Assembly (NCBI GenBank): GCA_964347325.1
Contig: CAYFYA010000010.1
Location: forward strand, 1,041 to 65,040
Length of the DNA stretch: 64,000 bases
From: an uncultured Methanomassiliicoccales archaeon
GTDB taxonomy: Archaea; Thermoplasmatota; Thermoplasmata; RBG-16-68-12; JAJISG01
Direction: 5' to 3'
Shown: positions 1 through 9,865 of the stretch, in pieces
Layout: the number at the start of each line of letters is the position of its first letter
Numbering within the stretch: the stretch's first letter is position 1
Made by a program: the position numbers and the translations under genes
Notes under the pieces: model-generated
What the model saw: only the letters and a program-made list of their open reading frames with translations
Databases searched by the model: none
What the model was told of the DNA's origin: nothing

Positions 1-12
1 AGGCGTCCCGGG

Positions 13-102
13 TCAGCTGAAGAGCACGATCAGCCAGCCCAGAACGAACATCGCGAGAATGATCAGGGCGAGAATGAGGCCGACTCTCACCGTCTCCTGC
101 AT
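13..102 (-). CDS. Hypothetical small hydrophobic membrane peptide (about 29 aa: MQETVRVGLILALIILAMFVLGWLIVLFS)
   Basis: Internal ATG of the 13..225 ORF. It is preceded by GGAGGAG about 6 nt upstream on the minus strand, and the product is a single predicted TM helix. No homology inferred. Confidence 0.25.
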   Translation of the reverse strand: MQETVRVGLILALIILAMFVLGWLIVLFS

Positions 103-342
103 GAAATCTCCTCCCCCTTCCGCGAGTTCTGAGGCCGTACATATTCTTTGTGTGGACTGGCGCACTCCCGAAGGCCAGCGAAGGGGACTGCCGTCAACTT
201 CATTAGGCAAATCCAGTGTCTGCACGCAGTATCGCCGGAGAGCCAGCCAGAGGCGTGGTCGACCGCAGCTGATGGCCTCTCTGGGACCCTCACCAAGGTA
301 GGTCCCCCCCTGGTGGAGGGAGAGGAAACCTGAGTTGGATTA

Positions 343-990
343 ATGATGGATAGAGACGAGCTAGCCAAACAGTACGGGTATGAGATTTGGGTCGGCCTGC
401 TCGGGCTGTCCGTGATCGTCTCCCTCGTTGCCCTCCTCCCGCCTCTGGACTCAATCCTGGAGACCCACGAGGGCCTGCACCACCTTCAGCACGCCATTGC
501 GTTCATCTTCAGCTTCATCGCTGGGGTGTCCCTCTACCGGCTCCTCAGGGTCCTGGCCACCCGAGGATCCGGGGAACTCAAGCGAGCCGCTCGAGCTCTG
601 CTGGTGGCGCAGCACACGGCAGACCCAAGGGGCATCTTCGCGCTCCTCTTCGCAGCGGCGTTGGTCGTGCTGTGGCACATCCCATACTTCTTCAACCTCG
701 CGGTCCTGGATGAAGATGTACACATCGTGGAGCACTTCAGCTTCGTCCTCGCCGGCGGCGCGGTGGGCTCCAGCCTTCACTCCATGAGCAAGTGGACCCG
801 TCTGGGTAGCCTCCTGATATCGGAACTAATCATGCTACTCTTCGCCTCCTTTATCATCGTCTTCCAGCTGCACGTGTACACTGTCTACCCTCAAGAGCAC
901 GAGTTCGTCTTCGGCATCGGCTTGATCTACTCCATGATGCCCCTGATGATCTACACCGTCTACAGATTCTTGGTGGAGCAGGTTTCCTGA
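343..990 (+). CDS. Polytopic membrane protein, function unknown (several His-containing helices)
   Basis: 215-aa ORF with 5-6 hydrophobic helices and coding-like codon usage (GC3-rich). No diagnostic motif recognised. Confidence 0.5.
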   Translation: MMDRDELAKQYGYEIWVGLLGLSVIVSLVALLPPLDSILETHEGLHHLQHAIAFIFSFIAGVSLYRLLRVLATRGSGELKRAARALLVAQHTADPRGIFALLFAAALVVLWHIPYFFNLAVLDEDVHIVEHFSFVLAGGAVGSSLHSMSKWTRLGSLLISELIMLLFASFIIVFQLHVYTVYPQEHEFVFGIGLIYSMMPLMIYTVYRFLVEQVS

Positions 991-1050
991 GGTCCGGTGG
1001 GTCGGAAACACTTCCACCGGCAGCTGGTCTCCGAGGGGGACAAACTACGT

Positions 1051-2220
1051 TCACTCCTTCGGAATGCCGTAGAGGCGTCCCTTCCACTCGACACCTCCAC
1101 GCCGCCGGTAGCGGTATGCTGAGTTCAGAAGAACGGCCGCGATGGCTAGGGCTCCCACAGGCGTCAAGAGAGCGTAGTGCGCCTTGCCGCCCAATAGTGA
1201 GTGGGCTGAACCGAGCCTGGCCCAGATCAGGATGCAGAGTACAGCCGAGACCGGCAACAGGAGGCCGTAGTGTCCCGTCGCCAGCCCTAGGAGGCCCCAT
1301 CCCAAGAGGATATAGGGCAGGACCAAAAGGAGTAGGAGGCCCACGGTACTCCGCAGGATCTTGTACAGGCTGAAGTCCATGCCCGCGAAGGCGTTCTTCG
1401 ACCAGCCCTCCCATATCTCCCGCAGGGAAGTGTACATCCTCACCTCCAGCCCTCTCCTGCCGTCGACGAGTCGCATGCGGTATCCCCCGTCCTTAGCGCG
1501 CTGTGCCAAGCGGTAGTCCTCATCCACCCGTGCTTTCACGGAGGCGTGGCCGCCCAGGTCCTCGTAGGCCTCCCTCTGGAAGAGGAGGAACTGGCCGTTG
1601 CCCACGGCGAAGCGCTTGTCGGGTCGGTTGACCCATCTGCCGCGGTGAACAAGGCCGATAAGGAAGATCATGAGGGGTTGAATCGTCCGTTCCCAGAAGG
1701 TCCCCACTCTGAGACGGGAGGATAGAGTGACGAGGTGCAGATCTTCCTCGATCAAGTGGCGGACGGCCTCTTCGAGAAGTTCGGGATGGTGAAGCGTGTC
1801 CCCGTCGGTGAAGAGGAGAAAGTCGCCCTTCGCTGCCCTGTACCCATGGTGGCAAGCCCAGTTCTTCCCCACCCATCCTTGGGGAAGCGGCGGTTCCTCC
1901 AGGAGGGTTATGCTGTCCCCGAACCCCTTCAGGATCTCAGAGGTTCGGTCCTCAGAGCCGCCGTCGACTACGATGACCTCCTTCCGAGGGTAGCGTGACG
2001 CGACGAGAGATTCCACGCAGGACTCCACAGTCCTCTCTTGGTTTCTCACCGGGAGTACGATGGACACCAAGGGAGGCTCTTCGAGAGTTCCCCGGCCAAG
2101 GCGGGGGAATCCGGCGACAAGCACGAAGGATGACAGTATGACGAGAGCTACCACGAAGGCGTAGAGCAGCAAGAGGATGTCGAGGATCGTAAGACCAAAC
2201 ACCGCCATCCTGAACCACAA
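1051..2220 (-). CDS. Family 2 glycosyltransferase (GT-A fold, CrtQ-like) with N- and C-terminal TM segments
   Basis: Motifs VSIVLPVRNQE, VIVVDGGSEDRT, FTDGDT (DxD) and GWVGKNWA are typical of GT2 enzymes, flanked by membrane helices. Confidence 0.75.
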   Translation of the reverse strand: MWFRMAVFGLTILDILLLLYAFVVALVILSSFVLVAGFPRLGRGTLEEPPLVSIVLPVRNQERTVESCVESLVASRYPRKEVIVVDGGSEDRTSEILKGFGDSITLLEEPPLPQGWVGKNWACHHGYRAAKGDFLLFTDGDTLHHPELLEEAVRHLIEEDLHLVTLSSRLRVGTFWERTIQPLMIFLIGLVHRGRWVNRPDKRFAVGNGQFLLFQREAYEDLGGHASVKARVDEDYRLAQRAKDGGYRMRLVDGRRGLEVRMYTSLREIWEGWSKNAFAGMDFSLYKILRSTVGLLLLLVLPYILLGWGLLGLATGHYGLLLPVSAVLCILIWARLGSAHSLLGGKAHYALLTPVGALAIAAVLLNSAYRYRRRGGVEWKGRLYGIPKE

Positions 2221-2255
2221 CCGTGCCGTTCAACCGGGAGTCTTCAGCGCGGGCT

Positions 2256-4262
2256 TCACGACAGCTCTCTCACGTGGATCTCGTCCAGGGCGCCGGGGTT
2301 CTCCACGCTAGACAGGTCGCCCAGGTCCGCCTCACCGAGGTACTTCGCTCTGATGGCACGGCGGACGATCTTTGCGCTTCGGGTCTTGGGCAGGGCGGAG
2401 ACGAAGTGGACCTCCGCGGGCCGCAGTGCCTTTCCAAGCTGCGAGGCCACGAAGCCCACGAGTTCACGTTCCAGCTCCTCGGTGGGCTCCTGCCCCTCTC
2501 GCAGGACGGCGAAGCAGATCAGCTCCTCCCCCTTTACCTCGTGGGGCGCTCCGATGGCCGCTGCCTCCACGACGGCCGGATGGCTGATGAGGGCCCCCTC
2601 CACCTCCGCCGGACCGACGCGCTTCCCTGCCAGCTTGATGGTATCATCGGCTCTCCCGTGGAGGAACCAGTAACCGTCCCCGTCCACTGTGGCCCAGTCG
2701 CCGTGGTACCAGACCTCGTCAAAACGGGACCAGTAGGTCTCGATGTACCTGTCCGGGTCCCGCCAAAGGCTCTTGGTCATGCTGGGCGACGGGCTCCTGG
2801 CGACGAGGTGACCCTTCTCCCCGCGGATGCTCTTTCCCTCGTCGTCCACCACATCCACGTCCATTCCCAGGGCCGCCCCCCTCCCCAGGGTGCAAGGCTT
2901 CAAGGGGACGATGGGTAGCGGAAAGAGGAAGCAGCCCATGATCTCCGTGCCGCCGGAGATGTTGATGATGGGGCACCGTCCGCCGCCCACCTTCTCGAAG
3001 AACCACATCCACGACTCCTCGTCCCACGGCTCGCCGGTGCTCCCGAGCATCCTTAGGCTCGAGAGGTCCCGCTTCCTCACCCACTTGTCGCCGTACCGCA
3101 TGAGGAGGCGGATGGCCGTCGGGCTTATCCCGAGGGTCGTTACCCCGTGTTCCTCAACCATGCGCCACAGCCTGTCCGGCTCGGGGTAGTCGGGCGTCCC
3201 CTCCATCATGACCATTGTGCCACCCAGGGTCGAGACGCCGATGATCATCCAGGGGCCCATCATCCAGCCGATGTCCGTGACCCAGAAGAAGACGTCAGCG
3301 GGCTTCATGTCGAAGCCGTACGCGATCTCCTTGGTTGCCTGGGCCAAGACGCCTATGTGGGTGTGGACGGAACCCTTGGGCTTGCCGGTGGTGCCGCTCG
3401 TGTAGAGGATCATAGACCGGTGCTCGCTGTCAAGCTGACGAGTCTCGAACTCCTCCGGCTGTCCGTCCAGGAAGTCGGACCAGTGGACATCCACCTCGTC
3501 GTCCCACGGCGTCCTGCGACAGAGCCGGTCGAGCACCACGACCCGGCGGAGGCTGGGGACCATCGCCACTGCCTTGTCAGCCTCCTCCTTCAGCTCCACG
3601 ACCTTCCCCCGACGCATGTACCCGTCGGCCGTCAGGAGGAGCTTCGCCCCGGCGTCCTCCAGCCGAGTCGCAGTGGCCTTAGCCGCGAAGCCGCTGAAGA
3701 TGGGGACCGCCAGGGCGCCCACCTTCCAGCAGGCGAACATGACGGTGATGACCTCCGGGACCATGGGCATGTAGATGCCGACGGTGTCTCCAGGTTCGAT
3801 GCCTTCGGCCACCATCGCATTGGCGAGGCGGTTGGCCTCGAGGTAGTGGTCCCGGTACGTGGTCTTCCGGACGGTTCGATCGTCTCCCTCCCAGATGCAG
3901 GCGACCTTGTCCTTGTCCATCCCAAGGGCTCGCCTGTCGAGGCCATTGTGGGCGATGTTGATCTTGCCCCCAGGGAACCACAGGGCCCACGGATTGCCCC
4001 TGCTAGCATCCAGGACGCCTAGGGGCTCCTCATACCACTCGATCCCCAGGTCCTCTACGGCAGCCTTCCAGAACCACTGGTTGTTCTTCACGCTCCGGTT
4101 CAGCAGGTCGTCGTGGTCCTCGATTCCGTGGCGCCGCATGAAGCGGGTTATGTTCGCTCCTCGCAGCAGTTCGTCCGTGGGCCGCCAGACTATGCCCGCC
4201 ATGAGCCAACCCGTCGCAGGGATGCCTGCTGAGTCCCAAAAACCCTTTGGGCCGGAAGTCAC
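2256..4262 (-). CDS. AMP-forming acyl-CoA synthetase (acetyl-/acetoacetyl-CoA synthetase family)
   Basis: AMP-binding signature YTSGTTGKPKG, the C-terminal Lys region (SALPKTRSAKIVRR), a 668-aa length, and an N-terminus (MTRFMRRHGI...WFWKAAVEDL) resembling acetoacetyl-CoA synthetases. Confidence 0.8.
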   Translation of the reverse strand: MTSGPKGFWDSAGIPATGWLMAGIVWRPTDELLRGANITRFMRRHGIEDHDDLLNRSVKNNQWFWKAAVEDLGIEWYEEPLGVLDASRGNPWALWFPGGKINIAHNGLDRRALGMDKDKVACIWEGDDRTVRKTTYRDHYLEANRLANAMVAEGIEPGDTVGIYMPMVPEVITVMFACWKVGALAVPIFSGFAAKATATRLEDAGAKLLLTADGYMRRGKVVELKEEADKAVAMVPSLRRVVVLDRLCRRTPWDDEVDVHWSDFLDGQPEEFETRQLDSEHRSMILYTSGTTGKPKGSVHTHIGVLAQATKEIAYGFDMKPADVFFWVTDIGWMMGPWMIIGVSTLGGTMVMMEGTPDYPEPDRLWRMVEEHGVTTLGISPTAIRLLMRYGDKWVRKRDLSSLRMLGSTGEPWDEESWMWFFEKVGGGRCPIINISGGTEIMGCFLFPLPIVPLKPCTLGRGAALGMDVDVVDDEGKSIRGEKGHLVARSPSPSMTKSLWRDPDRYIETYWSRFDEVWYHGDWATVDGDGYWFLHGRADDTIKLAGKRVGPAEVEGALISHPAVVEAAAIGAPHEVKGEELICFAVLREGQEPTEELERELVGFVASQLGKALRPAEVHFVSALPKTRSAKIVRRAIRAKYLGEADLGDLSSVENPGALDEIHVRELS

Positions 4263-6844
4263 GATTCGGGTGGCTCAGGCGGATGCTCCCTTCTGTAGCG
4301 ACGGTAGAGGTATACGGCGAGGGCAATCAGAGCCGCGGAAGTCAACACCGCTATGATCACCGTCCAGAGGTCGACGGGGGCCGTAGGCTGCGAAACGCCC
4401 TCGACGTGGAAGAAGACTGAGTCGATGTCTCGGAGCCCAGCCAAGTCGAAGGCTTCGAGGGTTACAACGTGGACCCCATCCTCCTCAACAATGAGGGTGT
4501 ACTCCCCTACATTCCCCTGAAGGTCGACGGCGTCGCCATCGAGGCTCACTCTCATCCGTTGAATGCCAGGCCCGTTGTCGGTGGCGCGCCAGATCAACGG
4601 TATCTGGGCGGAGGAGAGCCGGCTACCGTTAGTAGGAGAGAGGATTGTCACCGTGGGCGGCGTGATGTCAAGAATCGTTGCCACCATTGTGTCGCCGGCT
4701 AGATTGCCCGCAGCGTCCTCGACCGTCAGGCCGACGATGTATTCCCCTGGGTCCTCCCAGACCTTCTCCACCACGGGCGTCTCCGTCGTAATCTGGCTGC
4801 CGTCCCCGAAGTCCCACGTGTAACTCACGACGCGGAAGTTGTCGCTAGATCCACCCGCGTCGAGAATGATCGGAGTATCCTCGGGGCCAGTGAAGTCTGA
4901 CCCCGCGTTCGCCACCGGGGCCACTGAGTCCGTCAACATCGCCTCGATGACCACGAGGTCCTCGTGAGCCTGCAAGAAGTCGAGGTCAAGATAGTCGCTG
5001 TAGAAGGCCGTGAACTCTGGGTTCAGGTCGAGAGGTTCCCGTGAGTCGAGGATCGATAGCACTCCCCGTAGCTTCTCCCGGACGTAGAGTCGATGAAGGG
5101 CGTCCTCCCAGAAGAGGCCGTAACTTAGGTCGTTCATGAAGTACCCCATGTTCCCGTTGACGAAGTCGGAAGTGTAGTTGGGGCCGAACTGATGGCCGTA
5201 ACCCAGGTTGTGTCCCGTCTCGTGAGAGATGATGGAGGTCAGGCCCTTCTGCCGGCGGCCATCCGAGTAGAACAAGCGCTCCGTCTTGAGGAAGATCGCG
5301 GTGATGCCGGAGCCGCCGAGGCCCGTGAACTCACGTGGCCCGTAGACCATGGAACGGTTGTCATAGAGAAGGTTCACCGTCAGGACCTCGAACGCATCGG
5401 GGTTGTCCCACACAAACTGGTCCTTGTTGCTGAAGAGGTAATTCCATACCTCCACGCCGTCGATGAAGCCCCTTTCTCCGACGAAAGTGGTCACGGAGTC
5501 GACGAAGTCCTTCAGGTCGGTGTAATTGTCGATGAGATCGAAAGTCGTCTCTACGGTCCACTCCTTGAAAGGTAGGAATCCCTCCAGGTAGCTCTCCAGG
5601 GCCAGGTCGGAGGAGACCCAGAGGAGTTCCTCCAAGGAGTGGTTCTGAGAGCCGCTCAAGACATAGTTCTGGATTAGGACGCTGGCCTGCGTGGGGGGCG
5701 TACCTGGCAAGGTGGCCCCCAGACCCTCCACGAGGTCGTTCAGAACGCCCGACAGGTAAGCCAGGCGGGATGCCGAGTCTACCTCCTCATACTGCAGGCC
5801 GTAGGGGGCCCTCACATCTCCCCCCTCCCACCAGACGTAGGTCCAGTCGAGGTACCACTGGTAGGCTGTTGGGTCGATGTAGACCGCGTGGTCTCGTCCG
5901 CCCCAGATGTTCAGGGGGTAGGCCACGGGTGTGTTCAGGTCGTTGTCCCACTCTAGGCGCCACCAGTCCTGGGCAATGTTTGTGTCGGGGTCCATGGTGT
6001 CCTGCACGAACCAGTGGTCCGTGCCTGCCAGGGGATCATCAAGGGCGCTTAGGTTCAGGAGATAGACGGTGTAGCCCCCTTCACGCAGAGAGGTCGTCGG
6101 CGGGAGCTGGTGCAGGTACAGCTCCGCCCAATTTGTCCGAATCTCCCATCCCTCCAGGGGGTCGAAGATATCCCTTGGCGTTCCACTGTCCCTCTGGTCG
6201 ATCAGCGCCGAGAGGTTGAGTCGGCCTTGGGGCGTGTCGCGGTAGGTCGCCTTTGACTGGAGGTAGGCCACCAATCCGTCGCGATAGGAGGCATCGGCTG
6301 ATTGGACGGAGAAGTCAAAGGTGAGGTCGAACTCCTCCAGGCTCTCGTCCAGAATCCTGAACACCGCGTACTCTGAGCGCAGCAGTGCGGCTACGTCGTT
6401 CGGCGACTCATCGAAACCGATGAGGACGACATCCACCGCGATCGTGTCCGGCGGCCACATGGCGCTGCCATCGAAGAATAGCACGAAAGTCTCCGAGCCC
6501 ACGAGAGCCGACCCATTTAGGACCTCGACGGCCAAGAGGTGAGTCCCGGAGGGCCACGATGAGGTGTCGACAACGTAGGGTGGGGGGAGAGACTGCGTGG
6601 GCCCCCCGTCGAGGGAGTACCTGACCTGCGTGAAGGGTGAGCCCGCGATGCTCAGTGAGACCTCCGTTCCGGGAGGTATGAGGGCATAGTTGAAGGGGGA
6701 GAGGAGGTCCACGCTTACGGTTCCGTTAGCGAACTTACGGGACGGTAGGTCGGAGGACTCTTCAAAGGCGGTTCCACCTGGGAGTACAACGAGGAAGCCG
6801 GAGAGTATCAGAACCAGGACGCAGAGTACTGCGGGTCGGGACAT
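4259..6844 (-). CDS. Secreted metzincin-like zinc metalloprotease with a PKD-like domain and a C-terminal TM anchor
   Basis: Signal peptide MSRPAVLCVLVLILSGFLVVLPGGTA, taking the internal ATG at 6844 as the start. HExxHxxGxxH motif (SHETGHNLGYGH). A PKD-like segment (VVSYTWDFGDGS). C-terminal TM helix plus an RRYRRE basic tail. Many N-x-S/T sequons. Confidence 0.7.
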   Translation of the reverse strand: MSRPAVLCVLVLILSGFLVVLPGGTAFEESSDLPSRKFANGTVSVDLLSPFNYALIPPGTEVSLSIAGSPFTQVRYSLDGGPTQSLPPPYVVDTSSWPSGTHLLAVEVLNGSALVGSETFVLFFDGSAMWPPDTIAVDVVLIGFDESPNDVAALLRSEYAVFRILDESLEEFDLTFDFSVQSADASYRDGLVAYLQSKATYRDTPQGRLNLSALIDQRDSGTPRDIFDPLEGWEIRTNWAELYLHQLPPTTSLREGGYTVYLLNLSALDDPLAGTDHWFVQDTMDPDTNIAQDWWRLEWDNDLNTPVAYPLNIWGGRDHAVYIDPTAYQWYLDWTYVWWEGGDVRAPYGLQYEEVDSASRLAYLSGVLNDLVEGLGATLPGTPPTQASVLIQNYVLSGSQNHSLEELLWVSSDLALESYLEGFLPFKEWTVETTFDLIDNYTDLKDFVDSVTTFVGERGFIDGVEVWNYLFSNKDQFVWDNPDAFEVLTVNLLYDNRSMVYGPREFTGLGGSGITAIFLKTERLFYSDGRRQKGLTSIISHETGHNLGYGHQFGPNYTSDFVNGNMGYFMNDLSYGLFWEDALHRLYVREKLRGVLSILDSREPLDLNPEFTAFYSDYLDLDFLQAHEDLVVIEAMLTDSVAPVANAGSDFTGPEDTPIILDAGGSSDNFRVVSYTWDFGDGSQITTETPVVEKVWEDPGEYIVGLTVEDAAGNLAGDTMVATILDITPPTVTILSPTNGSRLSSAQIPLIWRATDNGPGIQRMRVSLDGDAVDLQGNVGEYTLIVEEDGVHVVTLEAFDLAGLRDIDSVFFHVEGVSQPTAPVDLWTVIIAVLTSAALIALAVYLYRRYRREHPPEPPES

Positions 6845-6952
6845 CGTCTCACGCGAAGACTGTCTTGGGAGGGGATGGGGGCCTATTACTCTTTCTTGGG
6901 ACGGTGACCTCGGCCGTGGGCGAGAGCGCACACCCGGAGAGTTGCCCGCAAG

Positions 6953-6962
6953 CTTTTATACG
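6953..6962 (+). promoter_or_regulatory. Candidate archaeal TATA box (cttttatacg) about 27 nt upstream of the serS ATG, implying a leaderless transcript
   Basis: An AT-rich octamer in otherwise GC-rich DNA at the canonical -26 distance from the start codon. Confidence 0.35.
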
Positions 6963-6984
6963 ATTCTGAAAGGTTGTCGAGAAG

Positions 6985-8262
6985 ATGTTGGACATCAACC
7001 TCATCCGCGAGTCTCCCGACGTCGTGCGACGCAACCTGGAGAAGCGCGGCGATAAGGAGAGGCTGAGGCTCCTGGAAGAGGTCATCACCTGGGATACCAA
7101 GTGGCGGGAGACCACCACCAAGGTGAACGAGCTCCGCCACCGCAGGAACGTCCTTTCGAAGGAGGTCGCCTCGGCGAAGGCCGAAGGGAAGGATGCCGAC
7201 GAGCTGAGGAGACAGGCCTCCGAGGTCGGGGAACAGATCGAGAGTCTGGAGGGCTATCTCGAGTCCACGCGCGCCTCCATCGACTCCGCAATGATGAGGC
7301 TGCCCAACCTTCTAGATGATGATGTCCCCGTCGGCGCCGACGACACGGAGAACGCGGAGCTTCGGCGATGGGGCAAGCCCGGGAAGTTCGACTTCGACGT
7401 GAAGGTCCATGGAGAGCTCCTAGAGGCCGCCGGCTTGGCGGACTTCGAGAGGGCCAGGAAGGTGGCGGGCGCTGGCTTCCTGTTCATGAAAGGGGACCTG
7501 GTCCTCCTGGACTTGGCGCTGCAGCGGTTCGCCCTGGACTTCGTCATCGATCGGGGCTACGAACCCGTCTTCCCGCCCCTCATGATGCGTCGGAAGGCCT
7601 ACGAAGGTATGGTCGACCTGGCGGACTTCGAGGACGTGATGTACAAGGCTGAGGACGAGGACCTCTACCTCATTGCTACGTCGGAGCACCCCATCGGCGC
7701 CATGCACATGGACGAGGTGCTGGACGAGGACAATATGCCGCTGAAGTACGCTGGGGTGTCCACCAACTTTCGGAAGGAGATCGGGGCCCACGGGGTGGAC
7801 ACGCGGGGTCTCTTCCGAATGCACCAGTTCAACAAGGTGGAGATGTTCGTCTTCTGCCTCCCGGAGGATTCGCCGAAGTACCACGAGGAGCTTATCGGCA
7901 ACGCAGAGGAGATCTTCCGACAGCTGGAAATACCGCACCGGGTCGTTAACGTCTGCACCGGTGACATCGGTACTATAGCCGCTAAGAAGTACGACCTGGA
8001 GGCGTGGTCGCCGAGACAGGGGAAGTACGTTGAGGTGGTGTCGTGCTCAAACGCCACTGATTACCAGGCTCGGCGGCTTAAGATACGTGTGGGGAAGCGG
8101 GGCGGCGAGAAAAGGTATGCCCACACGCTAAACAGCACGGCCATCGCCACCTCGAGGGCTTTGGTGGCAATTCTGGAGAACAATCAGAGGCAAGACGGAA
8201 CGGTGGCCGTTCCTGAGGTTCTACGCCCCTTCATGGGAGGCAAGGCGATCCTGGGCCAGTAG
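6985..8262 (+). CDS. serS: Seryl-tRNA synthetase
   Basis: N-terminal coiled-coil arm (MLDINLIRESPDVVRRNLEKRGD...) followed by a class II aaRS core with motif 2/3-like segments (FRKEIGAHGVDTRGLFRMHQF, GSGLAIGRT-like C-terminus). Length 425 aa. Confidence 0.95.
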   Translation: MLDINLIRESPDVVRRNLEKRGDKERLRLLEEVITWDTKWRETTTKVNELRHRRNVLSKEVASAKAEGKDADELRRQASEVGEQIESLEGYLESTRASIDSAMMRLPNLLDDDVPVGADDTENAELRRWGKPGKFDFDVKVHGELLEAAGLADFERARKVAGAGFLFMKGDLVLLDLALQRFALDFVIDRGYEPVFPPLMMRRKAYEGMVDLADFEDVMYKAEDEDLYLIATSEHPIGAMHMDEVLDEDNMPLKYAGVSTNFRKEIGAHGVDTRGLFRMHQFNKVEMFVFCLPEDSPKYHEELIGNAEEIFRQLEIPHRVVNVCTGDIGTIAAKKYDLEAWSPRQGKYVEVVSCSNATDYQARRLKIRVGKRGGEKRYAHTLNSTAIATSRALVAILENNQRQDGTVAVPEVLRPFMGGKAILGQ

Positions 8263-8280
8263 CCCCAGACTCATTGCCCG

Positions 8281-9723
8281 GTGCGGCTCGGGTACGTTTT
8301 CACATGGCGGAATTGTCTCGCAAGAATAAAGAGGATGCTAGGGAGCTTCAGTGGTCAAGAGATTACCCCGCCTACGGGCAATTCCTGCGAGAGTCCCATG
8401 ACCCAGGATGACAGACAGACGAAAAAAGGCACCGATCTCAGGCTCGTTGAACTGACGGAGATGCGGGGGCGGGAGAAGCTGGCACCCAAGTTCCTCGCCA
8501 GGTTGCGGCAACATCTCCACTGGCGGCGAATCCTAGGTGTCCTCCTCTATCCCGTGAGGGCGATCAGAAACAACCTCGCAGATCTTGCTCGGGTAAGGTA
8601 CTTCATACTCTTGACGGCGGCTGCATTCATTGCCGCCGCAGGACTCGCGGTTTCGGGGCTCACGAGCCTTGCCCTCATGCCGGCCCTCCTCGGGTTTGGC
8701 CTCAGCACGGCAGCCCTGGTCTACGGTGCCTTCCCGGAAGTGTCCAGCCGTCTTGACAAGTTCCCTTGGCACGTCTCATTAGCCACCTGGGCCCTTGGCA
8801 CGGCCATCTTCACCTTCGTGGGCTTCTCCTCCACGCTGGTGGTCTTTCTGGTCCTGTTCATAGGAGGCTTCACGGTAGCCAACGTGGTCTGGAGCCTGCT
8901 GCCAAAGATCATCGAGTTCTTTAACCCGCTGCCGCGAGACAAGACGAGGGGGGTGACGGAGGCCACGGCTAGCCCGCTCCCCCTCCTGCTCGTTTTCGGC
9001 GTGATTGCATCCTGGTCCCTCGTCGCTAGCCTGATCATGGCTCGCACGGGGATTCATGAGCATCGGCCCTGGGGCACCGCTTTCCTTGCGGCTCATATGG
9101 GACTGCTCCTAGGCCTAGCGCCAATGGAGTTTCAGATGCTGAAGGAGTGGCGGCGACCTACGAGAGCCAGGTGGAACCTCTTCAAGCCGACGAAGCTGCT
9201 GAGTCACGTTATATTCGCCATGATCGTGTCCGCATTGGTCGGATACGAGGTGACGCTGGCATCCGACGGAAGTGCCCTAGCCGGCATTCCCACCTTTGCC
9301 CTCGCGCTGGTTCTCGTGAGCTATCTAGGCGTCATCGTTAGGCAACCGTTCTCACTCGGCACCCGTCTGAAGCCGTACCATCCCCTCGTCCTGCCAGCCT
9401 TTGGTACCCTGCTGTTGTTCGCGCCAACGGTGGTGCTCCTCTCCAGCCCTCCCGTGGAGGTCACCAAGCTCTACGGGGCTGCTCAAGCAGCGGGACTCAT
9501 CCTCGGAGCATTATTGATCGTCGTGACGGCACTGTGGCGGGAGAGGGCCCACAGGATTCGTGTCAGGCTCCAGGAAGCCATGAAGGAGAGGGTGCCCATC
9601 ACACCCTCCAAACCCGAGGAGTCTCGTCCTTACACCAGAATCGGTGTCAAAGGGGACGCCCCTAGAGGGAGTGACATCCATGTCAGGGAAGTGAATCTAC
9701 ATCGTGACGAGGGAGATGAGTAA
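8281..9723 (+). CDS. Polytopic membrane protein, unknown function
   Basis: About 10 predicted TM helices and a charged C-terminal tail. The start is uncertain (ATG candidates at 8335, 8398 and 8461). Confidence 0.5.
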   Translation: MRLGYVFTWRNCLARIKRMLGSFSGQEITPPTGNSCESPMTQDDRQTKKGTDLRLVELTEMRGREKLAPKFLARLRQHLHWRRILGVLLYPVRAIRNNLADLARVRYFILLTAAAFIAAAGLAVSGLTSLALMPALLGFGLSTAALVYGAFPEVSSRLDKFPWHVSLATWALGTAIFTFVGFSSTLVVFLVLFIGGFTVANVVWSLLPKIIEFFNPLPRDKTRGVTEATASPLPLLLVFGVIASWSLVASLIMARTGIHEHRPWGTAFLAAHMGLLLGLAPMEFQMLKEWRRPTRARWNLFKPTKLLSHVIFAMIVSALVGYEVTLASDGSALAGIPTFALALVLVSYLGVIVRQPFSLGTRLKPYHPLVLPAFGTLLLFAPTVVLLSSPPVEVTKLYGAAQAAGLILGALLIVVTALWRERAHRIRVRLQEAMKERVPITPSKPEESRPYTRIGVKGDAPRGSDIHVREVNLHRDEGDE

Positions 9724-9865
9724 CCACTTGGGTGAGGCACTACCTTAGGCACCAGATGCCCGATTTCCCCGTCACACGGTTCTCAAAGATTCAGACCAGA
9801 CAGCTCGAGGTCTGGCCATAGACTTATAATTCTATTCATCATCCACATAGTGGAGTTAGCCAGGG

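Noticed and set aside
2223-4022. Plus-strand ORFs of 231 aa and 291 aa (2223..2918, 3147..4022)
   Set aside because: They lie antisense to the AMP-forming acyl-CoA synthetase gene, which has clear AMP-binding motifs. They are shadow ORFs.
9796-9815. Hairpin CCAGAC-AGCTCGAG-GTCTGG upstream of the surface-protein gene
   Set aside because: It has only a 6-bp stem, and the loop is itself near-palindromic. It is too weak to call a regulatory element and is mentioned only alongside the stronger 13001-13033 hairpin.
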